From positions 1 to 41,966 of the forward strand of contig JALNLM010000008.1 of the NCBI GenBank assembly GCA_023254095.1: 41,966 nt of DNA. Reading direction: 5' to 3'. The position numbers were made by a program, and so were the translations under genes. Shown here piece after piece: positions 17,914 to 27,637 of this stretch; within the stretch, counting starts at the first letter, position 1; each line of letters starts with the position of its first letter. This DNA comes from Candidatus Geocrenenecus huangii. GTDB lineage: Archaea > Thermoproteota > Nitrososphaeria_A > Caldarchaeales > Wolframiiraptoraceae. Below the pieces are notes generated by a model. The model was not told where the DNA came from. It did not search any database and saw nothing but the letters and a program-made list of their open reading frames with translations.

Positions 17914-18633
17914 TCACGCTTTAGCTCTAGAGAAGGGGAGTACCTTTATCCCGAATGCAGGATCAACATCGAAGCTCAAGGTTATCGATGTCTGCTTCAC
18001 TGCACCTTTTAATTTTGGGACTTGAAGTATCTTGACTATCCTGTCGCCTATCTCTTTGACCTGTAGTATGAAATGGACGTCCGAGATGCTTCTCATTCTT
18101 ACAAGCATTTCTTCGCTGAAAGCATATGGGTGAACGGTTACTATCATTGACTTATCCTTTTCCTCTATTATGTTTCTAGCCTCTGTGAAGAAGTTGAGAA
18201 TATCTTCTTCTTTAGCATGAGTGACCAGGTATGTTAGAGAGTCGATAACGTATAGGTCGAAGTATTCTCTAAGTTTTATAGTGTTCAATATCAGCTCTAG
18301 GAACCTTGATGAGAGGAGTTCATCCCATTCCAAGTCTTTAACATGTAATTCGTAGATCTGTAATACACCCTTCAAGTAGTATTCTTTTACCGATAGGCTA
18401 ATCTCTTCCATCGATTTTAGAAGACCCCTAACCCCAGATTCAGTAGTTATAAAAAGTGTTCTGCAACCACACCTAAGAGCCCCGTAAACATATTGTTGTG
18501 CCAAGACACTTTTCCCACTATCATTTGGACCCTCGATCAAGCATAAGAAGGGGATTCTAAGTTCCCCGATCTTTCTATCTAGCTCAGGGTTCATCGCTTT
18601 TACAAATCTAGATTTACCAGATTCCTCGCTCAG
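17914..18633 (-). CDS. flaH: Archaellum KaiC-like ATPase ArlH (FlaH)
   Basis: Walker A GPNDSGKS, Walker B VIDSLT, TVHP, SFDVDPAFGIKVLP. Start uncertain: CTG 18633 (SD-supported), TTG 18657 or ATG 18594. Confidence 0.9.
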   Translation of the reverse strand: MSEESGKSRFVKAMNPELDRKIGELRIPFLCLIEGPNDSGKSVLAQQYVYGALRCGCRTLFITTESGVRGLLKSMEEISLSVKEYYLKGVLQIYELHVKDLEWDELLSSRFLELILNTIKLREYFDLYVIDSLTYLVTHAKEEDILNFFTEARNIIEEKDKSMIVTVHPYAFSEEMLVRMRSISDVHFILQVKEIGDRIVKILQVPKLKGAVKQTSITLSFDVDPAFGIKVLPFSRAKA

Positions 18634-19166
18634 TTTCTCCCACCTCCTTCGATGCAAGGCACTATCAAGACTGACTCTCCAACAACTGGTTCATCTTTTC
18701 TTACCCATGCTTCTATTAGTAGAGCTTCGCCTGGATCCCATAATCCTGATTTAAAATCTCCTGAGACTGGGTTAACCAATTCCGCATGATTACCGTACTC
18801 TATTCTTAGTGGGAGCCAACCCTCATCTAAGCTTCTACTTGGATTATATGTAAGCCATTTTACTCTAGTCTTGTTATCGGTTGATCTATATAGAAAGATT
18901 ACGTCGAGAAGAGGAAAATCTGTTACATGTAGAGGTTTAATACATTTATTCACAAGTTTTAATGATATCGACGTGTTGTCCGGAGAAATCTCTAACTCTC
19001 TGATCTCTATTTCTCCCCTATTTCCTAGTGAGCTCTTCTCTAAGTACTGGCTATAGTATATGAAAAGCGATGTATTGTTGGACAGACTGTTTAACATGTA
19101 TCCAACTAATATGAGCGTAGTTAGCGTAAAGATTACGAACACGGAGAGACTTCCAAGACTAGACAT
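18630..19166 (-). CDS. flaF: Archaellum stator protein ArlF (FlaF)-like
   Basis: N-terminal TM helix, beta domain with LVNP...GLWDPGE. Lies between flaG and flaH. Confidence 0.7.
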   Translation of the reverse strand: MSSLGSLSVFVIFTLTTLILVGYMLNSLSNNTSLFIYYSQYLEKSSLGNRGEIEIRELEISPDNTSISLKLVNKCIKPLHVTDFPLLDVIFLYRSTDNKTRVKWLTYNPSRSLDEGWLPLRIEYGNHAELVNPVSGDFKSGLWDPGEALLIEAWVRKDEPVVGESVLIVPCIEGGGRN

Positions 19167-19177
19167 TCCATAACCCC

Positions 19178-19666
19178 CTACACTGAGAAAAAGTATTCAC
19201 AGGTTTTTCCATTGAACAGTACTAGCTTGACATTGTAATCTCCTTCAGTAAGTGCTTCGTCTAGATTTGATGTAATCTCTAGTGTCTCAGCAGGATCCCA
19301 TCTACCATCATCGTCTACGTCATTCAGCAGTCTGTATGTCCAGCCAGACGATGGATCTTCGTGGAGAAGATACTTTACACTATTATATGATATTAGGAGT
19401 ATCTCTGAAGATTGTATTAGTTGAGGTGATACCTGTTTTGCTCCAGTATTCTTTACCCACAGCTTCACGATATCTGAAGAAATAGATGAATAAGCGAAGA
19501 CTATTCTACAATCGTATTCTATTTCTTCTTTGATTTTCGCTAGTTGAAGTTTCTGAAGGTCTGCTGCTTGATTCATGTTTGAGATGTAGACGCTTGCTAT
19601 GGTTGATGCAACGACGATCGATACTATTGCAAGAATTACCTCCGTCATTAATGACCCTACAGGCAT
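19178..19666 (-). CDS. flaG: Archaellum stator protein ArlG (FlaG)
   Basis: TEVILAIVSIVVAS TM helix, LWVKNTG, WDPAETLEI, GDYNVKLV. ATG 19666 follows the upstream stop. Confidence 0.8.
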   Translation of the reverse strand: MPVGSLMTEVILAIVSIVVASTIASVYISNMNQAADLQKLQLAKIKEEIEYDCRIVFAYSSISSDIVKLWVKNTGAKQVSPQLIQSSEILLISYNSVKYLLHEDPSSGWTYRLLNDVDDDGRWDPAETLEITSNLDEALTEGDYNVKLVLFNGKTCEYFFSV

Positions 19667-19667
19667 G

Positions 19668-20318
19668 TCACGGCACACCCTCTCTACTCTTAAATTCTCC
19701 GAGAGGCTCCTTCAAACCAAACATTAGTAGTATGAAGAACCTATCGTCTACTCTATTATTAGCTAGCAGGCTTATAATGTATGCTGCTGCAACTGTAGAA
19801 TCTAGAGATAACCGGCTCGGAGAACGAACATATACTTCTCCACCAGAATATTTGAGTAGAAAATCCACTACGTCTATCAGAGAATATATCAGTCTCCTAG
19901 GTACAAGTTGACCGGCTATCCTAGAGTTGAGAAACTTTAATACATGTTCCGGACCTAGCAGCTTTATCAGTATCGAACCGCATGCTAGAACATTTAGTAG
20001 GTTTACTTGACCTAAATGAGGTTCTTCGAATCTCGATCCTATGCTTTCTCTACCTACATCCTCGAAATCTTGGAGAGGTTCCTGGAAGACTTCTTTTTTA
20101 CTACTCTTCTTTACGTTTTCTACTTCTTGAGATGCTTGCCTAGGCTGAAATTTTTCAAGGTCTATTATCTTCGCAACGTAGTTGAAGGGGTTTTCCAGCT
20201 CCGATATGAGTTGTCTTACGTCCATGAGTGTAGTCTCTAGAGGTCCCTTCATCCTTCTAACTTCATCTTCAAGTTCTCTAAGCCTCTTTTCGAGGAAGCT
20301 GTGTTCTTCACGGCTCAT
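19668..20318 (-). CDS. Soluble archaellum accessory protein with coiled coil and ENPF motif (ArlCDE/ArlX-related)
   Basis: N-terminal coiled coil ending LMDVRQLISELENPFNY, reminiscent of the NPF motif of ArlC/ArlX. Occupies the slot upstream of flaG. Confidence 0.6.
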   Translation of the reverse strand: MSREEHSFLEKRLRELEDEVRRMKGPLETTLMDVRQLISELENPFNYVAKIIDLEKFQPRQASQEVENVKKSSKKEVFQEPLQDFEDVGRESIGSRFEEPHLGQVNLLNVLACGSILIKLLGPEHVLKFLNSRIAGQLVPRRLIYSLIDVVDFLLKYSGGEVYVRSPSRLSLDSTVAAAYIISLLANNRVDDRFFILLMFGLKEPLGEFKSREGVP

Positions 20319-20841
20319 CCACTCTTTCCTCCAGAGGAGTTATAAGAACAAATTCACATATTGTGTTCTCATTTTCATCTAGGCACGTTGAAACCTTCTT
20401 AATTTCTAACGGCATTTTAAAGAACAGCTCATAATATCTTGAAAGTATTCCTCTATAGAAAAAGTATACGAGAGAAGTTTTGAAGTCTGAGTCTTCTTTA
20501 GAGAATTTCTCAAATTCTTTACTATTGATTCTACAGACTAATTCTAGACGACCGTCCGGTCTAAATGCTTTAAGTATAAAGGTATCCTTAACAAGGTTAT
20601 GTATCTTTAAACAATTGACAAGATACTCATTAGCTTCTTCAAGAGAAGCTCCTCCAGACTTTAAACATGGATGTAGATTGAATAAATCTTCACCGATAGA
20701 CCTGCCAAAGCTATAAAGCAGAACGTTCGTCAGACCCATTCCCAAGCTACTTTTAACAACGTCTAATATCAGTCCTATCACTTCATTAATGCCTGTGAAT
20801 GAGAAACCATTACATTCTTTATCCGAATTGAATACGCTCAT
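20308..20841 (-). CDS. V4R (4-vinyl reductase)-like ligand-binding domain protein, first gene of the archaellum motor operon
   Basis: LLYSFGRSIG, FFYRGILSRYYELFF and C-x8-CEF (TCLDENENTICEFVL) follow the V4R pattern. Confidence 0.65.
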   Translation of the reverse strand: MSVFNSDKECNGFSFTGINEVIGLILDVVKSSLGMGLTNVLLYSFGRSIGEDLFNLHPCLKSGGASLEEANEYLVNCLKIHNLVKDTFILKAFRPDGRLELVCRINSKEFEKFSKEDSDFKTSLVYFFYRGILSRYYELFFKMPLEIKKVSTCLDENENTICEFVLITPLEERVDEP

Positions 20842-20953
20842 AATCTCACAATCCCCTCAAAATAATACTAAAAAGATATTTATATATTTTTCTTGAGCTA
20901 TTTTTGTAAGATAACATTTATATATCAGTATTATCTAAATATTATTGAGAAAA
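20842..20953. promoter_or_regulatory. Divergent promoter region between the motor operon and the archaellin
   Basis: AT-rich, with ATTTATATAT twice (20878-20887 and 20916-20925). The second copy is flanked by the inverted pair AGATAA...TTATCT. Confidence 0.55.
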
Positions 20954-21556
20954 ATGTGGTGGAAAACTCAGGTAAGGAGAAAGATGAGTAGACGTGGATT
21001 AACAGGCCTAGAGACAGCCATCATTCTAATAGCATTCGTTATCGTTGCTGCTGCATTTGCTTTTGCAGTATTGAATCTGGGATTTGCATCTACTCAAAAA
21101 AGTGGTGAAGTTCTAAAAGCTGGATTAGAAGAAGCTACTTCAAGCATAGAGCTAGCAGGCTCGGTGATAGCTACTGGCGAAAAAGCGAGTGATAATAATA
21201 TGAAGGTGTCCAATATTACATTATATGTCAAGACTGCGGTTGGAAAGAGACCTGTAGATCTCAGTAACAATACTTTGATAATATCTTACATGGATCCATA
21301 TAAGGTCGTCGACAAACTTACCCATGGAGTACAAGTAGAAGTCTCGGAAATACAGGGTGATGGAGATTCCCTGATAGAGTATGGTGAATCATTTAAGGTC
21401 GTAATACATGTTGATCAGATCTACGGAGGTATCGATAACGTCCAGCTAAAGCCTAATGATGTATTCGTAATAGAAGTCAAGCCTCTGGTAGGCGCAGTAC
21501 TAAAAGTTGAGAGAAGGATACCTCCATCAATCGATCCTGTAATGGACCTAGCATAA
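20954..21556 (+). CDS. flaB: Archaellin ArlB (FlaB)
   Basis: Class III signal peptide RRG/LTGLETAIILIAFVIVAAAFAF, GDGDSLIEYGE, IEVKPLVGAVL; sequons NIT and NNT. Start is ATG 20954 or ATG 20984 (AGGAG upstream). Confidence 0.95.
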   Translation: MWWKTQVRRKMSRRGLTGLETAIILIAFVIVAAAFAFAVLNLGFASTQKSGEVLKAGLEEATSSIELAGSVIATGEKASDNNMKVSNITLYVKTAVGKRPVDLSNNTLIISYMDPYKVVDKLTHGVQVEVSEIQGDGDSLIEYGESFKVVIHVDQIYGGIDNVQLKPNDVFVIEVKPLVGAVLKVERRIPPSIDPVMDLA

Positions 21557-21635
21557 GATAAGCCAGATTAATCCACGTCTACTCTAATCCCCTATATTTT
21601 TTACCTGCTAAACATATTAAAGAGTTGGAACTAAA

Positions 21636-22658
21636 TTGAAGATCCTTTTATCGTCTCCTAGGATCTCTGGAGTTGGCGGGATAGCTCATCATGTTAGAAC
21701 GCTTGCTAGGAAACTTCGGGACAAGGGCTTCGTGGTGGATATTCTTTCCGCTGAATACTTGAAGATACCCAGCTTGAAGAATTTAGCTAATCCATTGTAT
21801 GGGCTCCTCTCATACTTGAAGACCATCACGAAGGAATACGATATCGTTCATGGACATAATCTACCATCTCTTCCAGCTATCCTATCTTCTAGTGGCGGGA
21901 AGGTCTTGACTCTCCATGGATTGTACTCCAAGCAGATACGGCTACTTCACGGTCAGCAGCTAGGGTACATGGCTGAAGTCGTTGAAAAAAAGTTTCTGAG
22001 GAAGCTAGATGCTATAACAACTGTATCTATGGAGGCCTTGAAATACTATGAGGGCCTCGGGTTAAAGGTTGAGCACATACCTAACGCTATAGACTTGCTA
22101 GATCTACCTAAAGACTCTGAGAGAATATGCAGTCCTCAAATAACCTATCTAGGCAGGTTATCTTATGAGAAGGGTGTAGACTTACTGATCGAGACTGCGG
22201 CTAGATACGGTCTTAGAGGATTGGTTATTGCTGGAGATGGGCCGCTAAGGAGATTTTTCGAGAAAGCTCATGAAAAGAAGCTACTCACATATCTTGGACC
22301 TCTACCTAGGTGGAGAGCGTTGAGAGTCCTCGCAGGCTCTGATGCGGCAATTTTACCCTCTAGACAAGAGGGGATAAGCACGTTCCTACTAGAGGCCATG
22401 GCCTTAAAAATACCCGTGATAGCTAGTAAGGTAGGAGGGAACATAGAAATTATCCAAGAAAACGTAGAAGGTATTCTAATAGAGCCGGATGCTGGAGAAA
22501 TAGCTAAAGCGGCTAGAAATGTTTTGACGAAAACCATCCCAGTAGATAAGATGATCGATAAAGCGTATAATAAGATACTAACACAGTATGAATGGAATAC
22601 TGTGTTGAAAAAATACCTAAACGTTTATGCAAGAATCCTAGACCTAAAACGCTTTTAG
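21636..22658 (+). CDS. Glycosyltransferase family 4 (GT-B)
   Basis: GGIAHH, TLHG, IPNAID, LGRLSYEKG, AGDGP, EGISTFLLEAMA. Confidence 0.9.
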   Translation: MKILLSSPRISGVGGIAHHVRTLARKLRDKGFVVDILSAEYLKIPSLKNLANPLYGLLSYLKTITKEYDIVHGHNLPSLPAILSSSGGKVLTLHGLYSKQIRLLHGQQLGYMAEVVEKKFLRKLDAITTVSMEALKYYEGLGLKVEHIPNAIDLLDLPKDSERICSPQITYLGRLSYEKGVDLLIETAARYGLRGLVIAGDGPLRRFFEKAHEKKLLTYLGPLPRWRALRVLAGSDAAILPSRQEGISTFLLEAMALKIPVIASKVGGNIEIIQENVEGILIEPDAGEIAKAARNVLTKTIPVDKMIDKAYNKILTQYEWNTVLKKYLNVYARILDLKRF

Positions 22659-22806
22659 AAGCTGTCTCAGCCAAGGAATTTTCTAGAGGGGCGGCAGTAT
22701 CCTACTTCAAACACTTAAATAATCCTGCCAAGAATCCATAATTATAGAAGAGGGAAGAACCGATTAATGGATTTTGAAAATCTACATATCAAGGGTGAGA
22801 ACATAA

Positions 22807-23958
22807 TTGAGTACAGGGCCACCAACTATAAAATATATTGTTGAAGCCAGAATAGAGGTAGATGGCATAGTTGATAGAAATGATATCGTTGGAGCGATCT
22901 TCGGTCAAACGGAGGGGTTATTCAGTAGCGACCTAGACCTTAGAGAACTTCAGAAAGCTGGAAGAATAGGTAGAATAGAGATCCATACAAACGCACATGG
23001 AGATAAAACAATTGGGAGAATCACCGTACCATCTGCACTGGATAAGTATGCAACAGCCCTGATAGCGGCCATGGTTGAGAGCGTTGATAGGGTAGGACCA
23101 TACCAAGCTAGAACAAAGATCGAGAAGATAGAAGACGTGAGAGCGGAAAAGAAAAAGAAGATACTTGAAAGAGCCAGAGCGATACTTTATGATTGGGAGA
23201 AGAGCAAAATCCCCGAAGACGACCAGCTACTGAAGGAGCTAGAAGAAACAGTACTGAAGGCGAAAATAATAGAGTATGGCCCTGAGAAGCTTCCGGCAGG
23301 GCCGGAAGTTGAATTAAGTGATGAATTGATCATAGTTGAGGGACGTGCTGATGTTATAAACTTACTTAGACATGGGTTTAAGAATGTAGTTGCTGTTGAA
23401 GGAGTAAAGATTCCTAAAACTATCGAGTCTCTAGCAAGTAAGAAGAAGAAGGTAATCGCATTCCTAGATGGGGATAGAGGAGGAGATATGATACTCAGTG
23501 AGCTCATCAGAATGAATATTAAGATAGACCAAGTAGCTAGAGCACCTCATGGAAAAGAAGTTGAAGAATTAACGGGGAAGGAGATATTCGAATCATTTCA
23601 GAAAGCTGTCCAAATACAGGAGATATTAAAAAACATGAAGATAAAACCTAAACCAGAAGAGGTAGAAGTACCCTCACAGATAAAGGAGTATGTAAAAGAA
23701 GTTGATGGGAAACTAGTATCGATACTGTTGAATGAAGACCTGGTAGAGCTTGCTAGAGTGCCTGTAAGCGAGCTTGCTCAGAAACTACAGGAATTGAAGA
23801 ATGATGTAAAATACGTGGTCTTCGATGGAATAATAACACAGCGTCTAGTAGATATACTTTCAGACGCTCCTAGAGACGTATACATGATAGGGGTTAGACT
23901 AGGAGACATCGTAAATCCATCACCGAGAGTCCACATGTTAATATCCAGTAGACTATAG
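22807..23958 (+). CDS. dnaG: Archaeal DnaG (TOPRIM protein, exosome-associated)
   Basis: GAIFGQTEGL, LRELQKAGRIGRI, IIVEGRADV, FLDGDRGG, FDGIITQRL. Confidence 0.95.
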   Translation: MSTGPPTIKYIVEARIEVDGIVDRNDIVGAIFGQTEGLFSSDLDLRELQKAGRIGRIEIHTNAHGDKTIGRITVPSALDKYATALIAAMVESVDRVGPYQARTKIEKIEDVRAEKKKKILERARAILYDWEKSKIPEDDQLLKELEETVLKAKIIEYGPEKLPAGPEVELSDELIIVEGRADVINLLRHGFKNVVAVEGVKIPKTIESLASKKKKVIAFLDGDRGGDMILSELIRMNIKIDQVARAPHGKEVEELTGKEIFESFQKAVQIQEILKNMKIKPKPEEVEVPSQIKEYVKEVDGKLVSILLNEDLVELARVPVSELAQKLQELKNDVKYVVFDGIITQRLVDILSDAPRDVYMIGVRLGDIVNPSPRVHMLISSRL

Positions 23959-24075
23959 TATCATACCTTTAATGATGCGATGCTGTCGACTTTCAGAGCA
24001 TTGAGAGCATTGATGAAAACTTAGGAAAAACTCTCATAAGAGAATGAGAAGATACGGTACATGATGTAAAGTGTT

Positions 24076-25182
24076 CTAGGATTCGCCATCCTTCTCTATT
24101 TCGGAAAGTCTAAGAGGATAACGTAATGTGGCCACTATTCCTCCTAGACCACGTATTTTATCAGAGGCTTCTAAACCATTTAGTATAACTCTTAACTTTA
24201 TTCTTCCATGTTCAGCTTCGTCAAGTAGAGATGATAACCGCTCGTCTATAATGTTCTCCCATAGGAAGCTCTCCGAGATAAGCACCTTCTCAACAGCCTT
24301 CATCTTAGCTGCCTCTAAGACTTCCTTCAACCCTAACGCGACTTTCTCAGGGTTCCCAGACATCTCCCGAATAAAGTTTTCAACTTCTATGGAGTCTTTT
24401 ACTGGTTTAAGTTCTTCAGCATACTCTCTTAGTTCTCCACTTCTAAGAGCCTCTCTTAGTCCTTCTTCTCTACCCAAGGAAGTATACCCTTTCTTCTTGA
24501 TCTTCTCCAATACATTCTTTGCATTCTTCCTTCCTAGATACCCAACGAATTTCTCAACGCTAATACTTGAGCCCAATAGGGCTATATCCACATCTTTATC
24601 TTCTTTCAGAATACCTTGCATTAGCTTAACCACCTCATCGAATACTTCATACGTTGAGTCCTCAACGAATTCTTCATACATCTTCGTTCTAGAAGGGATG
24701 TTCTTAGAGTAGAGCACTCTTAACCCTAAGTTGCTGAACTCTGAGACGGCGACTCCCTCATTGTCTAATGTTATACATATAATCCTTCTACTCCTCCTTC
24801 TTGAATAGTTTAGAGAAAAGGAGTAAAGCCTATCGAATCTCTCCCTGCTCTCTATCTTTAACTCTACACCTGGAACTACGTGGACCGTATGATACTTCCC
24901 AACTAAGTCTAATTCTCTACTTTCATAGACTATCCGGCCGGTGAAGCTTATTCTCCTAAGTAGAGGATCGACAAACTTTTTCTCAACCATTATCCCAAAC
25001 GTTACAGACACCCTTTCACTATCAAATCTACCGTCTGCACGCTCTTTCTTGATTTCTCTATTAGTCTCAGAGTACATTACATCTCCTATGCTGACCAGCC
25101 TGAAGATATTCAGTAAATCTAGAGTATTCTCGGGAAGTACCATGATAAACCTTTTCAATGGATTGACTTGACGTATAATCAA
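24076..25182 (-). CDS. pelA: Pelota/Dom34 ribosome-rescue factor (divergent)
   Basis: PENTLDL, GKYHT, and an eRF1 domain 3 ending LGGIVATLRY. Confidence 0.85.
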   Translation of the reverse strand: MIIRQVNPLKRFIMVLPENTLDLLNIFRLVSIGDVMYSETNREIKKERADGRFDSERVSVTFGIMVEKKFVDPLLRRISFTGRIVYESRELDLVGKYHTVHVVPGVELKIESRERFDRLYSFSLNYSRRRSRRIICITLDNEGVAVSEFSNLGLRVLYSKNIPSRTKMYEEFVEDSTYEVFDEVVKLMQGILKEDKDVDIALLGSSISVEKFVGYLGRKNAKNVLEKIKKKGYTSLGREEGLREALRSGELREYAEELKPVKDSIEVENFIREMSGNPEKVALGLKEVLEAAKMKAVEKVLISESFLWENIIDERLSSLLDEAEHGRIKLRVILNGLEASDKIRGLGGIVATLRYPLRLSEIEKDGES

Positions 25183-25592
25183 CTCTAGACACCTATAGTC
25201 TTCTACTGGATAAAACTCAGAGTAGGCTAATAATAAACATCATGTGTAAGAATGGCAGGTGAAGAGTCGGCATAATCTTCACAGCATTCATCCCGGATAA
25301 GAATATCGTGGAGCGGCATCTCAGCTCAAGACATGGGTATCAAATTTTAGACAGGGGTACCGATCATGAAATACCGTTTTGGAAAATTGGTAGATGATGT
25401 GAAAGCCGGTGAGAGCGGTATTATATGAGAAGATTTATCTGGATAGTAGCATCCCCTGCGGTTGCACCTTCATCAAACTGATCCGGATAACTGGGCCACC
25501 TTAAAGATGGATCTTATCGATTATAGGAGAACTGAAAGCTTGTAGAGGTATTCTTAATAAACTTGTCTGGAGAATAAACTCATGCTGGTGGA

Positions 25593-26282
25593 TTGGAGGT
25601 AAAGGTAGTCTACGATGAAGATAGATGGACTCTGTTAAGGAATCTTAGAGATAAGGCTTTAAAGATAATGGATGTGTTGAGTCTGAAAGGGTTAGAGACG
25701 ATAGTCTACGGAAGTATCGCTCGAGGGGATGTAAAACCTAAGAGTGATGTAGATGTCTTTATACAGTATCCTGTAAGCTCAGCGATACTACAGGTATACT
25801 TAGAGGAAAATGGATTCAAAATCTATAGGAAAGTCTTAGTTCAGGCAACTCCAAGCTATGTTCCGAAAGCGTATATCTACTTAGACGAAGAGGAATTAAC
25901 TTCAATAAGCTTTCCACTAGCTAAGATGAAGAAAGAGGAAATCGAATTCTACAAGCTAGCCGGTCAACTTGACTACAATAGGCTCAGGGAAGGTGGCAGG
26001 GTTCCAGGGATAAATAAAGACCTACTGTTCATAGTTCCAGTAGAGGATGGACATATAGAGATGCCTGTAAAAATGAACATAGAGAGAGCTGCAAAGATTA
26101 TAGGAGTAGATCCTCAGACTATTAGGAATAGAATACGAGTCTTGGAGAAAAGGAGAGAGCATGGTAGAACTGGAGTCTACAGAGAGATAGAAGTATCAAG
26201 AGAAGAGAACTTCGAAGACATACTAGATTATCTGAGAGATAGAGACCCAGCACTTAGGAGGAGGCTTAAGAAATACGAGTGA
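25593..26282 (+). CDS. Pol-beta-type nucleotidyltransferase (COG2413-like)
   Basis: YGSIARGDVKPKSDVDV, VQATP, RVPGINK, GRTGVY, RDPALRRR. Confidence 0.85.
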   Translation: MEVKVVYDEDRWTLLRNLRDKALKIMDVLSLKGLETIVYGSIARGDVKPKSDVDVFIQYPVSSAILQVYLEENGFKIYRKVLVQATPSYVPKAYIYLDEEELTSISFPLAKMKKEEIEFYKLAGQLDYNRLREGGRVPGINKDLLFIVPVEDGHIEMPVKMNIERAAKIIGVDPQTIRNRIRVLEKRREHGRTGVYREIEVSREENFEDILDYLRDRDPALRRRLKKYE

Positions 26283-26437
26283 AAATGCTTCGTATAGAAG
26301 AGAGTATTCTAAGTGAAGTGTATGTGGAGTTGAACCCTTTTTGCGAGTCTTATTATGTTGTCCTCTAGATAGAAGAAGTCAACTTTAATAAGAATGAGGA
26401 GATATTAATTGGAGAATATAGGGATAGGTGTAGAAGT

Positions 26438-26815
26438 ATGGTCGAGAAGAGTGATGACGATTACATGAAGAGGATGACGAATGCTTTGAGAAGTGGGGCC
26501 AAGATGCTCTCTGAACACTGTCCTATATGCGGGAGCCCCATCTTCGAGATAAAGGAAGAGCTATGGTGTCTAAGATGTAATAAAAGAGTGGTGAAAGTCA
26601 AGTCCGATGAAGAAGTTGGTCAAGCATTATCAGTTTACACATTAACGATTACTGCGTCGACATTAGCGGTAAAGATAGAAGAATTAACAATACTCCTCTC
26701 TAGAGCGGTCGAGGTGGACGAAGTAAAGAGACTTTCCGAGACCCTTGAAATATTGCTTAAGACCCTTGAACAAACACTTAAAGTAAGAAAGCTTCTAAGA
26801 GAAGAAGAAAGTTAG
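26438..26815 (+). CDS. Zn-ribbon protein of the Sjogren's/scleroderma autoantigen p27 (UPF0148) family
   Basis: LRSGAKMLSEHCPICGSPIF...WCLRC followed by a helical tail. Confidence 0.88.
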   Translation: MVEKSDDDYMKRMTNALRSGAKMLSEHCPICGSPIFEIKEELWCLRCNKRVVKVKSDEEVGQALSVYTLTITASTLAVKIEELTILLSRAVEVDEVKRLSETLEILLKTLEQTLKVRKLLREEES

Positions 26816-27277
26816 GAATACACGTATAGTAGCACATATTCCGTCTCCGTAATGGCCACATCAGAACAATAATATCAATTACTTATCTACTACGACACCC
26901 AATTGTGGAATATATCTTGAACCAAGTTAAGATTAATATTAAAGAGAGCTAGGAAGACGCAGAAAAATTAGTGAAGAAATCTACATGAATGTCTACCAAA
27001 AGTATCGAATGAGTAAGCTGGTGGTATATGTTCCGATATGCTCAAGCTAGGACGTTCAACTATACGTGAAATGTTGAAGAAAGAGCATGTAAGAAGAGTG
27101 GCCAAAGTTCATAACCATATTTTGAGTATCTCCATTGACATGTTCAAACCTATCTTTTTAATAAATGATAAGAAGAAGAGGCTTACATGCATGGGTATTA
27201 ATCTCAAGCTATGCTCTTGATTCGGGTCTGGTATTTTTCACATGTAGCTAGCCCGATATACTTTAGAAGATAACTGT

Positions 27278-27299
27278 TTTCCAGTGGAAAGAGAGGGGT
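27278..27299 (+). repeat. Origin recognition box ORB-1
   Basis: TTTCCAGTGGAAAGAGAGGGGT. Confidence 0.9.
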
Positions 27300-27447
27300 T
27301 AGCCAGATTTCCTGTGAAGAAACTCAATATAGCGGCTTTCCATCCTAGAGGAGCTAGAATAAAGCTTCTCTGGCCTTGATACTACAATCCCTTTAACAAT
27401 CTGTGAAGAGTAGATATCATAGTGGAAAGCTAGAGAAACACTCATCC

Positions 27448-27469
27448 ACCCCACTATTTCCATTGGAGA
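27448..27469 (-). repeat. Origin recognition box ORB-2 (inverted)
   Basis: Minus strand reads TCTCCAATGGAAATAGTGGGGT. Confidence 0.9.
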
Positions 27470-27637
27470 ATATTCAACCATAGATATACCGTATGAAAAT
27501 ACATCTTTGGGAGAATAGTACAAGAGGTACAGAAAATTAATGGATCAGATTCTAAAATCTTTGAAAGAACTATCTGTTGGAGGCTAGAACTTGAAAAAAT
27601 CTACAATAAGCAAGAATATTCATCTTCAGGAGGCTTA

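Noticed and set aside
23959-24075. Possible C/D box sRNA (TGATG motifs)
   Set aside because: No properly spaced CTGA D/D' boxes. The TGATGA motifs near 1830 and 25480 fail in the same way.
27038-27523. Short ORFs 27038-27220 (+) and 27299-27523 (-)
   Set aside because: They lie in or next to the origin, the second overlaps ORB-2, and neither has recognisable motifs.
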